A DNA stretch of 63,941 nt, the filler included, from Craspedostauros australis (Eukaryota): assembly GCA_030167865.1 (NCBI GenBank). It is 17 parts of 17 records of this genome, joined end to end, with 100 filler letters (N's around TTAATTAATTAA, not from the genome) between each part and the next. Parts side by side here need not be neighbours in the genome. Positions count along the whole stretch, not along the records: positions 20,372 to 23,018 come from JALAGF010000190.1; positions 23,119 to 24,620 come from JALAGF010000191.1; positions 24,721 to 30,767 come from JALAGF010000192.1; positions 30,868 to 32,489 come from JALAGF010000193.1; 13 more parts are not named here. One strand, written 5' to 3'. Each line of letters begins with the position of its first letter. Position 1 is the first letter of the stretch. Made by a program: the position numbers and the translations under genes. Shown here one piece after another: positions 20,456-32,589 of this stretch. Below the pieces are notes generated by a model, which was given only the letters and a program-made list of their open reading frames with translations, had not been told where the DNA came from and searched no databases.

Positions 20456-23018
20456 ACGCTGGAAGATCTCCAGCGGGAAAAATTGCTCTGACAGAGCGAC
20501 GCCCATCATGGTCTTGAGCGTAAGACGGGCGGAAGCGACCCATGATCAAGTCAGTATGGCGGAAGAAGAGAACCGAAGGCGTTTGCTTGGTACACGCATC
20601 TGCAGCGTTGAGATCGGANGCGACGTCCTCGATAAGAATAAGATCCCGATCCACCCAGTCACTGACTGCGAAGGTNCGGATATCAATATGTCTCGAATTC
20701 CGTGTAGGCTGACTTGCATTGGCCATCATGCGTGCTCCTCGGTTGTCCTCGAAGATGAGAGTTGCGTGCTGCTGAGGCACCCCGATCTCATCGAGGATGG
20801 AGCGAAGCCACAGAGCCATGCGGCCAGCATCGCTGGCAGCAACGAATTCGGCTTCGGAGCTGCTGAGGGACACAGTTGGCTGGACTCTGGTCTTCCATGC
20901 GACGGCAGCGCCGCCGAACATGAACACGATGCCAGTGACAGAGCGCCGATGTCGAATATCGGATCCCCAGTCAGCATCCACGTAGCCATAGACCGTGGAG
21001 AACCGGACCGTTGTATGACCATCCACGTTATGCGAAACGTCCTCCGGTGGTGAAAGAGGGACGGGCACCAGGATATCAGGAAGATCAGGCAGTGGTGACG
21101 GTCGCCAGTAGGTGATCCCAAGCTCCCGCGTGGCAGCGATGTAGCGGAAGAGGTACTTGACTGCCTCATAATGGAGCTTGGCCGGATTGATAGAGAACTG
21201 GCTGAGCTTCACCACCGGGAACGAAATGTCGGGACGGCAAGACACCATGGCCCAAATCAGCTCGCCGATGGCCTGTCGATAATTGAAAAATGCCGACTGT
21301 AGCTGTCGTCGCTCACCGTCAGTAGCCGGGACCTCAGCATTGTCCAGTTGCTTGATGTACCCATTGTCAGCACGCATGGGAAGTCGTTGTGACGACCGCA
21401 GGTCTTTCCAACCATGCTTTTGCAGCACTTTGTTCAGATACGTAGTACAGTGTACCGTCACATGCGACCTTCCTTGCGTGAGATCAAGTCCATTGTAGTG
21501 TGAGAAGAGCCCATGTCGAGTGATCGGTTGGTTGAGCTGCTTGTCGAGTAAATCGCAGAACGCGATGTAGGTGCTCTGTCGAGCGGTTGCCACGGCGAAA
21601 TCGTCGACTTGTCGCAAGATGTAGACGCGCTCGCTCTGAACGACCCCAGTGTAGAGACATGGAGCGTGGGTGGTGGATGTCAGGCCCATGCGGCGCATGA
21701 TTCCATTGACATGAATACTCCACTGCCGAGGCGCCTCAGGGTGACCCTGTAGGTTCTTGAGGACAGGCACAACATGGCCACGCGGAATTGTAGCATCATG
21801 TTTGTGCTCCCACCACGAACGGAACTGATCGTCCACCTTCATGTAATATCGTTGGGCGCTTGCTGGAGCTTCAGCAAATGCATTGGCAACATCAGCCCCA
21901 AAGATGAGCAGGCGCTGGACAGCCGCGATGGCCACAAGAATGCGGAACTCGGTGAGGTCGGGAGTGGCAGCATACGTGTGACCAAATACACGGACGTTGC
22001 CGCCTCGGGTGGAACCGTCACACACCGCGCGGGCCTTCTTGCGATTGTTCTCGTGGGCTTTCACGACATATACCCAGACCCAGTTGAACACAGCCGCGCC
22101 AGATGGAGGCTCCACTGGATCGCCGAACATCCCTTGATGGTGGTATTGCTCCATCTGCTTGAATTCTGCAGCTTGCCACTCATCCCAGTCATCGCCCAAC
22201 AGCAACTTGCGCCGCGTGAGTTTGGGTGCAGCAGCAACGGCGCGAGCGCGTGGCGATATCTGCCGGATGACGTCCTTAACATGTCGTAGCTGGTCGAAGT
22301 AGAGTTGTGGAACACCTTGTTGGGAGAGTGCATTGCGTGCCTCATCGAAAGCGAAGATAGCGATGATTGGACTCGTCTGGCGCTGTCTTGCGTTCGAAAC
22401 GATGCGGACGACATCATCACCACGCAACACGTCGTCGCCATCGAGGGTAAGCAGATGTGCAGACCGTAGCCGCGACCGCCACCTGGGAATGCGAGCCGCT
22501 GGAGTGCCAGGCTTGCAAGTCTGCAGCTGCAGTCGCCCGCAAGCATCGTCGGTCACCAGCACCAACCCAGCGCATGGATCAGACCCATTCACCTCAATGT
22601 CCTGCGCGAACGGAAAACCGAAAGGTTCACTTGTCATTTCCAGCGACCGTGCGAAACGACGAGGTGTGGATGAGCATGCGGCAGCGGCTGCGTGCAATTC
22701 CGAATCACCACACGCAACGCATGTCTCAACGGGTGTACGCCCTGCATCCGCATTGTCACCCTTGAGCGCGCCGTCCTTCGTAGGGACCAATGCTGCATCA
22801 CCTCGGGGGTCACGGAATCCCAGCTCGAACAGAAGTTGCGGTCCTGGAGGCCGATTGCTGGATGTGAAGTGGACCTCGTCGAAGACGATGTTGCCGGCTG
22901 TTTTGATGCGGCCAGAATCAAGGTCGTAGTATTGGTGGAGAGTCGGTGTCGCCGTGTGTCCCACGAAGATGCCATTGTACGTGTGAACGTCAAGCTTGGC
23001 AGGCGGATGCCCTGGCTT
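20400..23018 (-). CDS. Ty1/copia pol fragment: integrase C-terminus, PDZ-like insert, RT (QVDD), RNase H; the frame reads into the 3' LTR
   Basis: KLD....GIFVG, VVK..KKARAVCDGS, GADVANAF, QGHPEAPRQW, RQVDDF, YVDADWG...RRSVTG, SSSEAEF, EDNRGA and RHIDI. Confidence 0.93.
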   Translation of the reverse strand, partial: KPGHPPAKLDVHTYNGIFVGHTATPTLHQYYDLDSGRIKTAGNIVFDEVHFTSSNRPPGPQLLFELGFRDPRGDAALVPTKDGALKGDNADAGRTPVETCVACGDSELHAAAAACSSTPRRFARSLEMTSEPFGFPFAQDIEVNGSDPCAGLVLVTDDACGRLQLQTCKPGTPAARIPRWRSRLRSAHLLTLDGDDVLRGDDVVRIVSNARQRQTSPIIAIFAFDEARNALSQQGVPQLYFDQLRHVKDVIRQISPRARAVAAAPKLTRRKLLLGDDWDEWQAAEFKQMEQYHHQGMFGDPVEPPSGAAVFNWVWVYVVKAHENNRKKARAVCDGSTRGGNVRVFGHTYAATPDLTEFRILVAIAAVQRLLIFGADVANAFAEAPASAQRYYMKVDDQFRSWWEHKHDATIPRGHVVPVLKNLQGHPEAPRQWSIHVNGIMRRMGLTSTTHAPCLYTGVVQSERVYILRQVDDFAVATARQSTYIAFCDLLDKQLNQPITRHGLFSHYNGLDLTQGRSHVTVHCTTYLNKVLQKHGWKDLRSSQRLPMRADNGYIKQLDNAEVPATDGERRQLQSAFFNYRQAIGELIWAMVSCRPDISFPVVKLSQFSINPAKLHYEAVKYLFRYIAATRELGITYWRPSPLPDLPDILVPVPLSPPEDVSHNVDGHTTVRFSTVYGYVDADWGSDIRHRRSVTGIVFMFGGAAVAWKTRVQPTVSLSSSEAEFVAASDAGRMALWLRSILDEIGVPQQHATLIFEDNRGARMMANASQPTRNSRHIDIXTFAVSDWVDRDLILIEDVXSDLNAADACTKQTPSVLFFRHTDLIMGRFRPSYAQDHDGRRSVRAIFPAGDLPAWGGVLAYVRRTDVRSLRL

Positions 23019-24720
23019 NNNNNNNNNNNNNNNNNNNNNNNNNNNNNNNNNNNNNNNNNNNNTTAATTAATTAANNNNNNNNNNNNNNNNNNNNNNNNNN
23101 NNNNNNNNNNNNNNNNNNAGGCTTCAGTCCATACCAAGTTAATTACTAGAGTCAAGAGTGATCCACATCCTATTGAATGCCACAATCACTTCATCGTGTC
23201 GTTAACAGCTGCGCTGCCTTTTCGTAGACTACAGTATGCGTTCGACATTGGACTGACGAGCACAAACCAAACCCGAACGGGGTTTGTTGGTAGAACAGTG
23301 ATACAACGTATTTTCCATAGAAATGACATATATGCATATTTCCCTCAACTCCCAGAAAACGATGAAGGGAAACGGAGTGAGAAGGAGGTCTGAACATTGA
23401 TCCCATTCGATTTCGCTCTGTGTCATCATGACATTTGGTGGTGCTCTGTCGGTTGGTACCTTTGAGTGGATCGTAGGAACATTTCGTGGTCGTCGCTACC
23501 TCCTTCGTAGGTGTGCCTGTTGTGCACGTTGATACGAGTACCGGTATGTACATGCATTTGTCGTTCCACGCGCGGTGGACAAACCCACACAACTTCCTCG
23601 CTCTGTGAAAGTGTCTGACGCTCTCTCCCCAGTCCGCAGAACCAGTCCAATCGATGTTGTTTTGTCAACGCATGTTCCATTCAGAAACGATGTGGGGAGA
23701 AACGGCGGTACACCACCGAAGCCAACGTCGCCGGCTCCCCGCTTATATCTTTGGCGAACTCGACGTGTTCTCCTTCTACGTTATATGAAAAGCGGCGCAA
23801 TAACCGTCGATAACGTCTTCGAGTGGAATCCTTTAAGCGGAAACAGAAACGAATGACAACGCGAACTGATGCTTGAACAGGGTTGCGAACCCTTCAGTCG
23901 GCACGCCAATCAAACACAGCCGAAGTTATCCAAAGAACAGCCCCTGATGTGGAGCACGCCACGTCTCAGCACGTCCTGTGTTTCAGTACCTCGCCCTTGG
24001 CACGCGAATAGTCTCCCCACGATGGAACGACACGCACGAAACGCGCACAAGGACACAAGGAGGCACCGGTAAACGAACATTCGATGTGTGCGATATGTGC
24101 GAGCAGTACTAAATGGTACGTACAGTCCAGTACACACTCCACGGATAGTCTGTTACACTTCACTATTACACTGCATTTCGCTGCACTGTATTGCGCTGCG
24201 CTACATTCGACTGGAGTTGACAGGAAAACAGGAATAGGAACAAGACAAGGAACTGTGCCTGCGAACCCTCCGTGGTTGCACTTCACGAATACCGATGCTC
24301 TGGTGCGGAAACAGGGTTTACCGAAAGACGAACACCTCAATCCCACAGAACAAGCACGATGAACCCTCCTTCCCCCCTTCTCTTTCCAACCGCCGAACTG
24401 CGTGGAGACAACCAAGTGCGAGAGCGGGTTGACGTTGTGATCGGTTTTGTGCGCGCTTATGGAGCGTTAACGCGGGTTGGTTCGCAGCAGCATCGTCGCG
24501 CATTCTCATGCAGAACTGCTCGTAGAACGCAGTAGAATACAGTACTGTACATGGAGAGTGATGGAACGGTGCTCCGATCTGGCCTGATCTGGGCTGTTCG
24601 TGTTGTTCCTTCGTTTCGCCNNNNNNNNNNNNNNNNNNNNNNNNNNNNNNNNNNNNNNNNNNNNTTAATTAATTAANNNNNNNNNNNNNNNNNNNNNNNN
24701 NNNNNNNNNNNNNNNNNNNN

Positions 24721-27032
24721 CTCCATAGGCCGTCTTGACGACTCCGACTTCACCAAAGGTGCGAAGTCCGCTTGCATACTTCGGATCCTCTCCGAAGAAT
24801 AGGTGGTGTGGCGACTTGGTCTGTCCCTTCGCCACGGTGATGTTGGCGACCGCGGTCGCGACGTTGGCTGCCGCAGCCCATAGCCCATGTCTGTGCTCCT
24901 CGTTGAGCTGGGCGCCATTCAGCATGGATCGCATCTTTGTGTACAAGTATGCGAACTTGCGCTCGACTCTGCCGTTCTGTTGTGGCGTGTTGGATGCCGT
25001 GTATTCGAATGAGACGTCGAATCCGGCTTCGAGCAGATGGATCTCGGATGCTTTGTTCTCTCCGCTGTTGTCTCCACGAAAGATGATTGGCTGCCTGTTG
25101 GTGTGCGGCCGCATCTTCTGCAGGAATCGCTTCAGGAAGGCCGGTTGGTCGCTCTTGTTGGTGAGGAAGATGCTCCAGCAGTAATCTGTGTGGTCGTCTA
25201 TGATCAACACCCAGTACCGCTTGCTTCCGAAGCTCGTGTGCTTTGTGTAGCTGATGTCGATGAAGAATCGCTCACATCGTCGCGATGCTCTCGCGATGGT
25301 CGCCTTCGGGACGTTCTTCACTCGTGCGTTGGCGATGGCACAGTGCTTGCATGGCGGCATGGTGCCAATGATACTCCATCCATGATGTGATGCAGTTCGT
25401 TGCATTGCTTCAAGTGGGGTGTGTCCCAACATGCGATGGAGTGTGGACGCGTTGATGCCCTTCGGTGGATCCGATGTGACGGCCGCAGCCGTGATGTCTG
25501 TGCGTGGCTTGACTGCATGCATCTGCACACCAGTCACGAAACCATTTCGTGTGCAGAACACTCGATCGAACACGATCTTGTTCCCGTTGCCGTTTGCAAT
25601 GTCCATGATGATACCATTGTTGCCGATCTGGTATCCATTCTCCAGCGCCTTGTTCGTTGAGAACGGATTCACCCACATCTTGGGTGCGAACTTCACATCG
25701 TTCAGTCTGATGGTGCGCTGTGTGTTGTCGCGTTGCTTCACTCGGAGATAGATGGACCCCATCTTCGGTGAGTTGAGTTGCGTGTTGTCACCGACCTTCA
25801 CAAAGGACTGGATGTGGCGGATGTTGAACATCCCCTTGTCCGAATTCACAATGTGGCATGAGGCTCCACTGTCGGCGAGCCATGTGTGTTGATCGGGTGT
25901 GTCGGTGTGGTGGTCGGATGCACGAAAGCGCGTGCGATCCACAACCATGATTGCCAACTCGTCGTCGTAGGAGGAATCGTCATCATCATCGGATGATTCG
26001 CTCGTGCTGCAATCGCCCCAATCGATTGGAGGGCGCATTGGTGCTGCCTGCTGTGGTGGTTCCGGTCTTGCCTGTCGTGGTGGCTCAGGTCGCCTCTCCT
26101 GTGGTCGGTGGTGAAGGAGTGCCGCCATGCATCCTCCGAGGATGAAGTGCCNCTCCATGATGCTCAGTGGTGGTTGGCCGTGACGCTCGAGGATCCTGTT
26201 GAGAATCATGCTGTTTGCCAGGATCTCCTCGATTGACAGAAGCTCTGCCCTGACGAACATCGTTGACACTCGTCCGACGAATGCCATCTGGATACGTCGA
26301 TTGTTCGGGAACAGGTTGCAGGCCGCGTTGAGGATGGCGTTTGCGATCACTTGACGTTGTTCGATCTCGGCCGTGAACGTTGGATACGGCACAGTGTCGT
26401 GCCTGCCGTGCGCCCCTCGTTGATTGAAGAAATCCGTGGGCCCGAAGCGTAGGCCGGTTGGGAAGATCACGTCTTCGTGTTCATTGAAGACTCGCTGACC
26501 TTCTGGTCTGGGGGGACGGAATCTGTACTGGACGGCTGGTTGCCAAGTTGCGTCGCTGTCGTCGTCTCCGTCGTCTTGAGCGATCTCTTCTTCGGCGGAG
26601 CCAGCGGCTGACGCCTCTTCAAAGAGATTGTCGTCCAGGAGCATGTCTTGCTCAATCGGGGGCTCCCCGGCTTCCTTCATGGCGAGGATATCGATGTCCT
26701 CCTCGGGGTCTTCTTCTCGGTTGCCGTTGCTCGGCAAATCGTGCACGTTGAGGCAGTAATCGAAATCGAGATCAAAACGAGGCTCGTTGTCGAGCGCCAC
26801 CTCGTGGATGATTGGTCCGTCGTTGAGCCATGCTGGGATGCTCATGTTGTTGTGGACCTCGTCTGTTCCTGGAAAGTGTTGGAAGGTTTCAAAGAATGAA
26901 TCATCGACGTCGTAGGCGGTGTGAGTGTGTGAGGGTGTGTCAAGCATGGTCATCACCATCTCGAATCCGTCATCAGCGCCGTCTTGCGCCGTGCTTCCTT
27001 GCTCTTCCTGCTTTCTCTTTTCGTTGAACTTT
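24721..27032 (-). CDS. pol: Copia A pol (acidic insert, protease, integrase), partial; separated from gag by a 1-nt indel
   Basis: Colinear with the copia B polyprotein from KFNEK onward, with DSGA protease and DDE integrase motifs. Confidence 0.88.
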
Positions 27033-28497
27033 TCTTCCTGCAGTCTGCTTCTCGATGCCCTGGGATGCCACAGTAGTGGCACTTCCCACTGAAGCCGTTG
27101 CCACGACCTCTTCCTCTGTTGCCGCGGTTGCCTTGATTGCCGCGCTGATCTCCTCTTTTGCCTCTGTTGTTGTAGCCTCCTCGTCGGCCGTTGTTGGATT
27201 GATGGTTGTTGTTGTTGTCGGCCACTTGCTTTCTGTCTGGACAATTCGCAGACCGATGGCCATACTTTCCGCAGTTGTGGCAGTTGCCCTTGAATCCGCC
27301 TGTCGCAGCTACTGCCGCGTCGTCGCGCTTGCTGCCCGTATCTGCAAAGTCGTCCACGTACGCCTTTCCACCTTGGAGTTTGGAGTATCTGTAGTTCAGC
27401 ACATTCCGGATGGCTTCGATCGTCACCTTCTCTGGACCCATCTGAAGTTGGTATTTGAAGTTGCTCACTTCGTCGTCGTAGTCCTTGCTGAGGCTGCTGA
27501 GGACTTGCATGATCAGTTCTCTCTCACTGATCTCGTAGCTCACGTCTTGGAGACGAGTGCGAAGCAGCTCAAGCCTTGTGACGTAGATGTCGGGATCCGT
27601 ATCCCTTGCCATGCGCTTGGTGTTGAATTGGCGCTTCAGTCGCAGCACCGTGGATGTGTCAGTCGACTGGTACTTCTCTTTCAGCATCTTCCATGCTGCA
27701 GCTGGATTCCCCTTGGGGTGTTGCTCGTCGCAGCATTGGTTGATCAGCTGGATTGCCTGCTTTCCAGTTCCTTGCTCTGCATCCATCATCAGGATCAGAT
27801 CACTGAAGCAGTCCAGCGCCAGCTCGCGCGTCTCTTCAAGGGCCTCCCTCTTCTCTTCGTCACTCTCTCTCTCAATGTCCTCATTTGTTGGGATGGTCTT
27901 CTCTCCCATCATGATGTCCTTGAATCGTTGCGTACGCGCGTATGCCTTTGCCTGCGACTCCCACGCATTGTAGTCTTCCTTCTTCCCGCTGAAGAGTGGG
28001 GCCTTGCGCCTCTTGTACGTTTCCTTTGTCATCTTCTTCTTCGATGCTGTCTGCTTGCTCGTGTCTTGTGTGCTGCCTGTTGATTCGCTCTCTTCTCTCT
28101 CTTCTTCTCTCTCTGACTCTTTGTTGTCGTTGGATGCGAGGGGATCGATGCTGCTGTCTCTCTCTGACATGCTACCCCTGTCTTCTGTTTCCGTCTGCTG
28201 GACTTCTGTCTTGTACGCTTCCACTTTGATTGATTGCTGTGATGGAGTCGATGTGGGTGGTTCTGTTGATGCCGATATCGGTCTTGGCTGGTCTCTCTGC
28301 CGCGTCTCTGCGCCGGCGCTTCGTGCAGCTTGCTCTGCTTCTGTTTCAATGATGGCTCCTTGCTGAGCGCTTGTTTGTTGGATGGGTGCACCCGCTCCTG
28401 CTCGCGTGAGGTTCAGAGTCTCGTCCTCGTCCTCCTCGGTCTCGTCCTCAATCACTGGTGTGAGAGGGAATGCAGTCTCTTCGGTTTCTTTGCTCAT
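26953..28497 (-). CDS. gag: Copia A gag (two zinc knuckles)
   Basis: FSGKKEDYNAW, AWKMLKEKY, CHNCGKYGHRSANC and CHYCGIPGHREADC. The reading frame slips at ~27030 relative to the copia B homolog. Confidence 0.9.
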   Translation of the reverse strand: MSKETEETAFPLTPVIEDETEEDEDETLNLTRAGAGAPIQQTSAQQGAIIETEAEQAARSAGAETRQRDQPRPISASTEPPTSTPSQQSIKVEAYKTEVQQTETEDRGSMSERDSSIDPLASNDNKESEREEEREESESTGSTQDTSKQTASKKKMTKETYKRRKAPLFSGKKEDYNAWESQAKAYARTQRFKDIMMGEKTIPTNEDIERESDEEKREALEETRELALDCFSDLILMMDAEQGTGKQAIQLINQCCDEQHPKGNPAAAWKMLKEKYQSTDTSTVLRLKRQFNTKRMARDTDPDIYVTRLELLRTRLQDVSYEISERELIMQVLSSLSKDYDDEVSNFKYQLQMGPEKVTIEAIRNVLNYRYSKLQGGKAYVDDFADTGSKRDDAAVAATGGFKGNCHNCGKYGHRSANCPDRKQVADNNNNHQSNNGRRGGYNNRGKRGDQRGNQGNRGNRGRGRGNGFSGKCHYCGIPGHREADCRKKSSTKRESRKSKEARRKTALMTDSRW

Positions 28498-28723
28498 TCA
28501 GCGCTCGTCTCGCTTCTCGTCTCGTCCTTGATCACTCGTGTGAGAGGGTATTCTGCCACTTCAGTCTCTTCGGTTCATTCAGCGCCTCGCGCTCTTCGTT
28601 TCGTCCTCGATCACGCACGTGAGAGGGTATGCTAGCTTGTCTCTTTCTCGTCGCTCATGCAGCGTCTCTCGCTCTTCGATCTCTCCTTGCACAGGGCTTC
28701 CCTGGTGCTAACGTTTATAAACG

Positions 28724-29289
28724 TGTTGGAAGGCTCCGTGCACGGAGAATCGGTAGTAGTCACACTCTTTGTCGAAAGTGTTTCTGTTACTGTTACTGTT
28801 GTTGCTATTGATTGTTGGTGAGCGAGCATGGGGTATGAGATGATCAAGATGCTCTCTTGATCCATCTCTTCCTTGCTCTCATTGCTTGGTGCAATCCTCT
28901 TGCACCTCCATGCACATTGCTCTCATGTTGCTCGTTGATGTTGACTTGATCGTCAACGTTGTCGTTTCTCTCTCGTTGTCTCGTCGTTGTTCCGTTCTCG
29001 GGTTTTGTTGGATCTGATGATTGATCGAATCTGATGGAATGTTTAAAACATATTTCATTCCTGCAGACCTGGTAGGTAAGGTCTTGAGGTGACGTCACAT
29101 GTGGTGGATACTGTGGTATCCGCTGGTATCGCGGTATCCTGGCGTCGTAGTATCGCAGTGTCCTCGTGGTACAGCGATGGTATCCCTGTGACGTCATAGT
29201 TTTGTGTCGTGATTCCGCCACCAAATAGTCTAGATGGCGGCAAGCAAGTGTGACTGATGAATACACATCCGAGTACACACATTCCGACA
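28724..29289 (-). repeat. 5' LTR of copia A (~566 bp)
   Basis: Minus-strand termini TGTCGGAA...TTCCAACA form a 7/8 inverted repeat with TG...CA ends. Followed by the same 12-mer that follows LTR-B in copia B. The outer boundary is inferred from the inverted repeat only. Confidence 0.72.
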
Positions 29290-29345
29290 AAGTCATACCT
29301 TGACACATCGAGAACATTCGAATGACCAAATGCACACAGGAAGGG

Positions 29346-30144
29346 TGTTGACATGTACATGTGAGTATATGCCGAGATGTACGTGTATATGTGCATCGTT
29401 CACCCGTTATTCTCTCATACGCACTTGGACGGTACACTACATTCGTGTCAATAGTATGCTGTGATTCGTCAGAATTACAGCAGAAATGGAACACACGAAA
29501 ATGAGCAGAATTTCTGGAGGAAATTTGCAATCGACGATTTCTGAGAGAATTAGAAACATCGTCCGTCCATCCGTCAATGGAAACGTATGGTACCAAGCGA
29601 ATCTCGAGGTACTTCCCAACTAAGCCTCAGATGACGATATCATCTGACAGACCACTGCATCACCAATGGAACTTGGCATCTGGAGAGCAGAAGGACGCCT
29701 ACTGATGTTGACAGGATGTCATCATGTCACCACGTCGACATCTGTCTCCAGGTCAGAACAGGAGGCAAAGATCTGATGACCAAAGGACATCAAGATCATG
29801 GATACGAGAGGTGAAGTTCAAATGGTAAGTACTCATGGAGTAGGAACCAGTAATGAACAAACGGAGTATCGAATGCGGAGTACACATCAAACACAAAGTA
29901 TCATGTAGCACAAGTACACGATATTGAGAGAGAGAGAATACGAAGAGTAGGGAGAGAGCATCTCGCACACCAACTCATAGTCAGAGACTGAATCTACAAG
30001 ATAGACAAATGCGCTGAGAGCATCGGGCAAGAGAACAGACACCGAGAGGATCGGAGTGCTCAAGTAATGAAATAGCAAACAGAACGACTATCAACAACAC
30101 CGTCTTCCACGATCGTAGGCTTCCGTGAGCGGAACTTGCCAACA
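29346..30144 (+). repeat. Solo LTR, family B (~799 bp)
   Basis: TGTTGACATGTAC...GGAACTTGCCAACA, colinear with copies at 36245-37052, 48448-48814, 55929-56221 and 62698-62779. Contains an internal (AG)n tract. Confidence 0.9.
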
Positions 30145-32589
30145 GATGCATGGATGCAGAGTAGAGTATCTTGTGTATGCGAGCAGATCGTACGTTGGAA
30201 ATGCTAGCCAACAGGCAGATAGAGGAGTTGAACAGAAGAGTACGACCTACTCTCGAAATCGCAACTACCGCGATTGTCCTGATGCGGATTTCCTCCGGAT
30301 TCTGTGTCGACTCCACGGACCGCTTGTTTGGGGAGGACGGAATCATGGGGGATTGGGTCAAGTTGCAATATACCATGATGTCACTGAAAATTGCTGAAAA
30401 TTGGTATTTTCCCTTCATGCCCCCATTGACCGGTGACCGAATTGTCTGTACTACCACCAGTACACACGATTGAGCAACAAATGGACAGGCACTCTACCTC
30501 CAAAANNNNNNNNNNNNNNNNNNNNNNNNNNNNNNNNNNNNNNNNNNNNNNNNCTCATCCTGCATGCACAGTTGATGCTTCTCACTTGCCTCTTTGCCAT
30601 GTGTTCCAAGATTACATATGTATGAAACTGACATCTTCCATGCAGGATGTGCCGGTCTTGGATCAAAAGCAAGACTATCCTGGAAAATTGGAACAAGACT
30701 AAGACATGGAACACTCGCACCTTCACTCCAACAATTGGAGAATCAGCTCTCAAACCTGCCAAGAGCGNNNNNNNNNNNNNNNNNNNNNNNNNNNNNNNNN
30801 NNNNNNNNNNNTTAATTAATTAANNNNNNNNNNNNNNNNNNNNNNNNNNNNNNNNNNNNNNNNNNNNATGGCGAGGCAGAGTACGACTATGATGACATGG
30901 ACGAGCACGATGACGATGTCTCGGTGCTAACGTACGGTTCTTGAGAGCGATGTCGAGACAGCCCGAGCAACCGAAGTGCTCGTATGAGTATGCTGCTAGC
31001 AACAACGAGCACGTTGTGACATCGTGACATACCACACCATGACATACATGGCATACATGGCATACATGACATACATTGAATTGATGAATACGCGTACAGT
31101 AAAGTGTAGAGTATTGCACATTGCGCACCATTGCACAACCGCAGAGGACGCCATTCCACGATTCTGGTATTACTCTGGAGTAGACACGCGTAAAGATTGT
31201 ATGGTACTATTGTAATGTGCTGTGTTAGGATCGTCTCTCTTCAGAGCTTTGGCGAGGACAGTTACAGGCGAGGCCGGGGGCTGTACCAAACTGATGCGCA
31301 AGCGCATAGTATTATGGAGGATTGGGCGCCTTTTCTGCGAGGATCTGCGAGGAAGAATCATCTACTTAACTTCAGTGTGAACCAGCAATCGAAAACGAGA
31401 GCGACGCCACGGTGAGAACATGGGGCACCAGGTGACGTGATATTGCACATATATGAAGAACAAGCCTATCTTCATACAAAGCAGAACTCCGATTTATCAT
31501 CCCCATTGTACCATAGGTCAGCGACGGTACTTTCCTATGTCCATCCTGCTCTGGCAGCTGTTTCATTGTTTGGATGGCCGCGTTGTTGGAGATTCGATAT
31601 GGGGGTTGCGGTAGATTAAATAATATTTTCTCTTCAGAACAACAAATTGGTTAGGGATTTACGGGATAATAATTAATACAACAGGAAATGAGTTTCCAGA
31701 CACCAAACAACGCAAGAGATCGAAGGAAAAATGTAATTTAATGTAGTTTGTGCGGATAGAGTGAAAGTTGTGGTAATGAATGTAAATGATAAAAAAACTT
31801 CGATACCAAGCTTTACGTTGTGGAGCGTGGATGATGCGAAGATGGTTACTGTTGGAGATGGAACAACTTCACCCGTAACATGTTCATGGAAGAGCCAAAG
31901 GGCAAGGATTCGCAAACCGTCACACAAACTGCGATGCGAAGAAGCTCGTATGGTACGACACTGCATTCAATGTACCAGCACATGCTTGTTGCTCGCACAA
32001 TCCGAATACACCACCAACGTTGAGAGCCCTTTTGTACCAGAAACTTGCGAGCGATTTGAGACGCAAGCAAGTTTGCCCACGTAGACAAAATGATTATCGT
32101 GTCGTGATCCTCTTTGTTAACCTGATGGTGCTGGCAGAAAGCCACGTGTTGCATTTTCACGAAGAGGGGTCAACGAACAGAAACCAATGGGATGTTGTAC
32201 ATACGACCTCCAGGTCGCAGTTGATGCACTCACGATAACACTAGTTGTGGAGTGTTTTTTGAGTTTTACTCGTGATGAGTCGTGATAAAGTAGACTAAAN
32301 TAGAGCACACCNAAAACCATCCAAACAACTGCTTATGATGTTATATCTCAACAACGCACCATTTAAAATTAAAACTAGACAGTTCATTCGGACGCTTGGC
32401 TATCGTTTATTCTGAATATCTTAGTTAAATTTGTATGAACTTTATTTTTAATGTCGTTTTGGCTTGCTGTCTGTCAGGTGGTGGGTGCANNNNNNNNNNN
32501 NNNNNNNNNNNNNNNNNNNNNNNNNNNNNNNNNTTAATTAATTAANNNNNNNNNNNNNNNNNNNNNNNNNNNNNNNNNNNNNNNNNNNN

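Larger units (their letters stand above)
24721..29289 (-). mobile_element. Ty1/copia family A, 5' half (LTR, leader, gag, insert, protease, integrase); frameshifted
   Basis: 5' LTR, then gag with two CCHC knuckles, WLADSGASCH protease, HRMLGH..CKHC, and the integrase core (FIDIS, IIDD, RGDNSGEN, PQQNGRVERK). Confidence 0.92.

Noticed and set aside
23119..24620. Short ORFs and GTAC-rich motifs in this contig
   Set aside because: No coherent coding signal, terminal repeats or recognisable RNA gene.
31761..32240. Cys-containing ORF fragments vaguely like an integrase zinc-finger region
   Set aside because: Too degenerate, with no DDE motifs to support a call.
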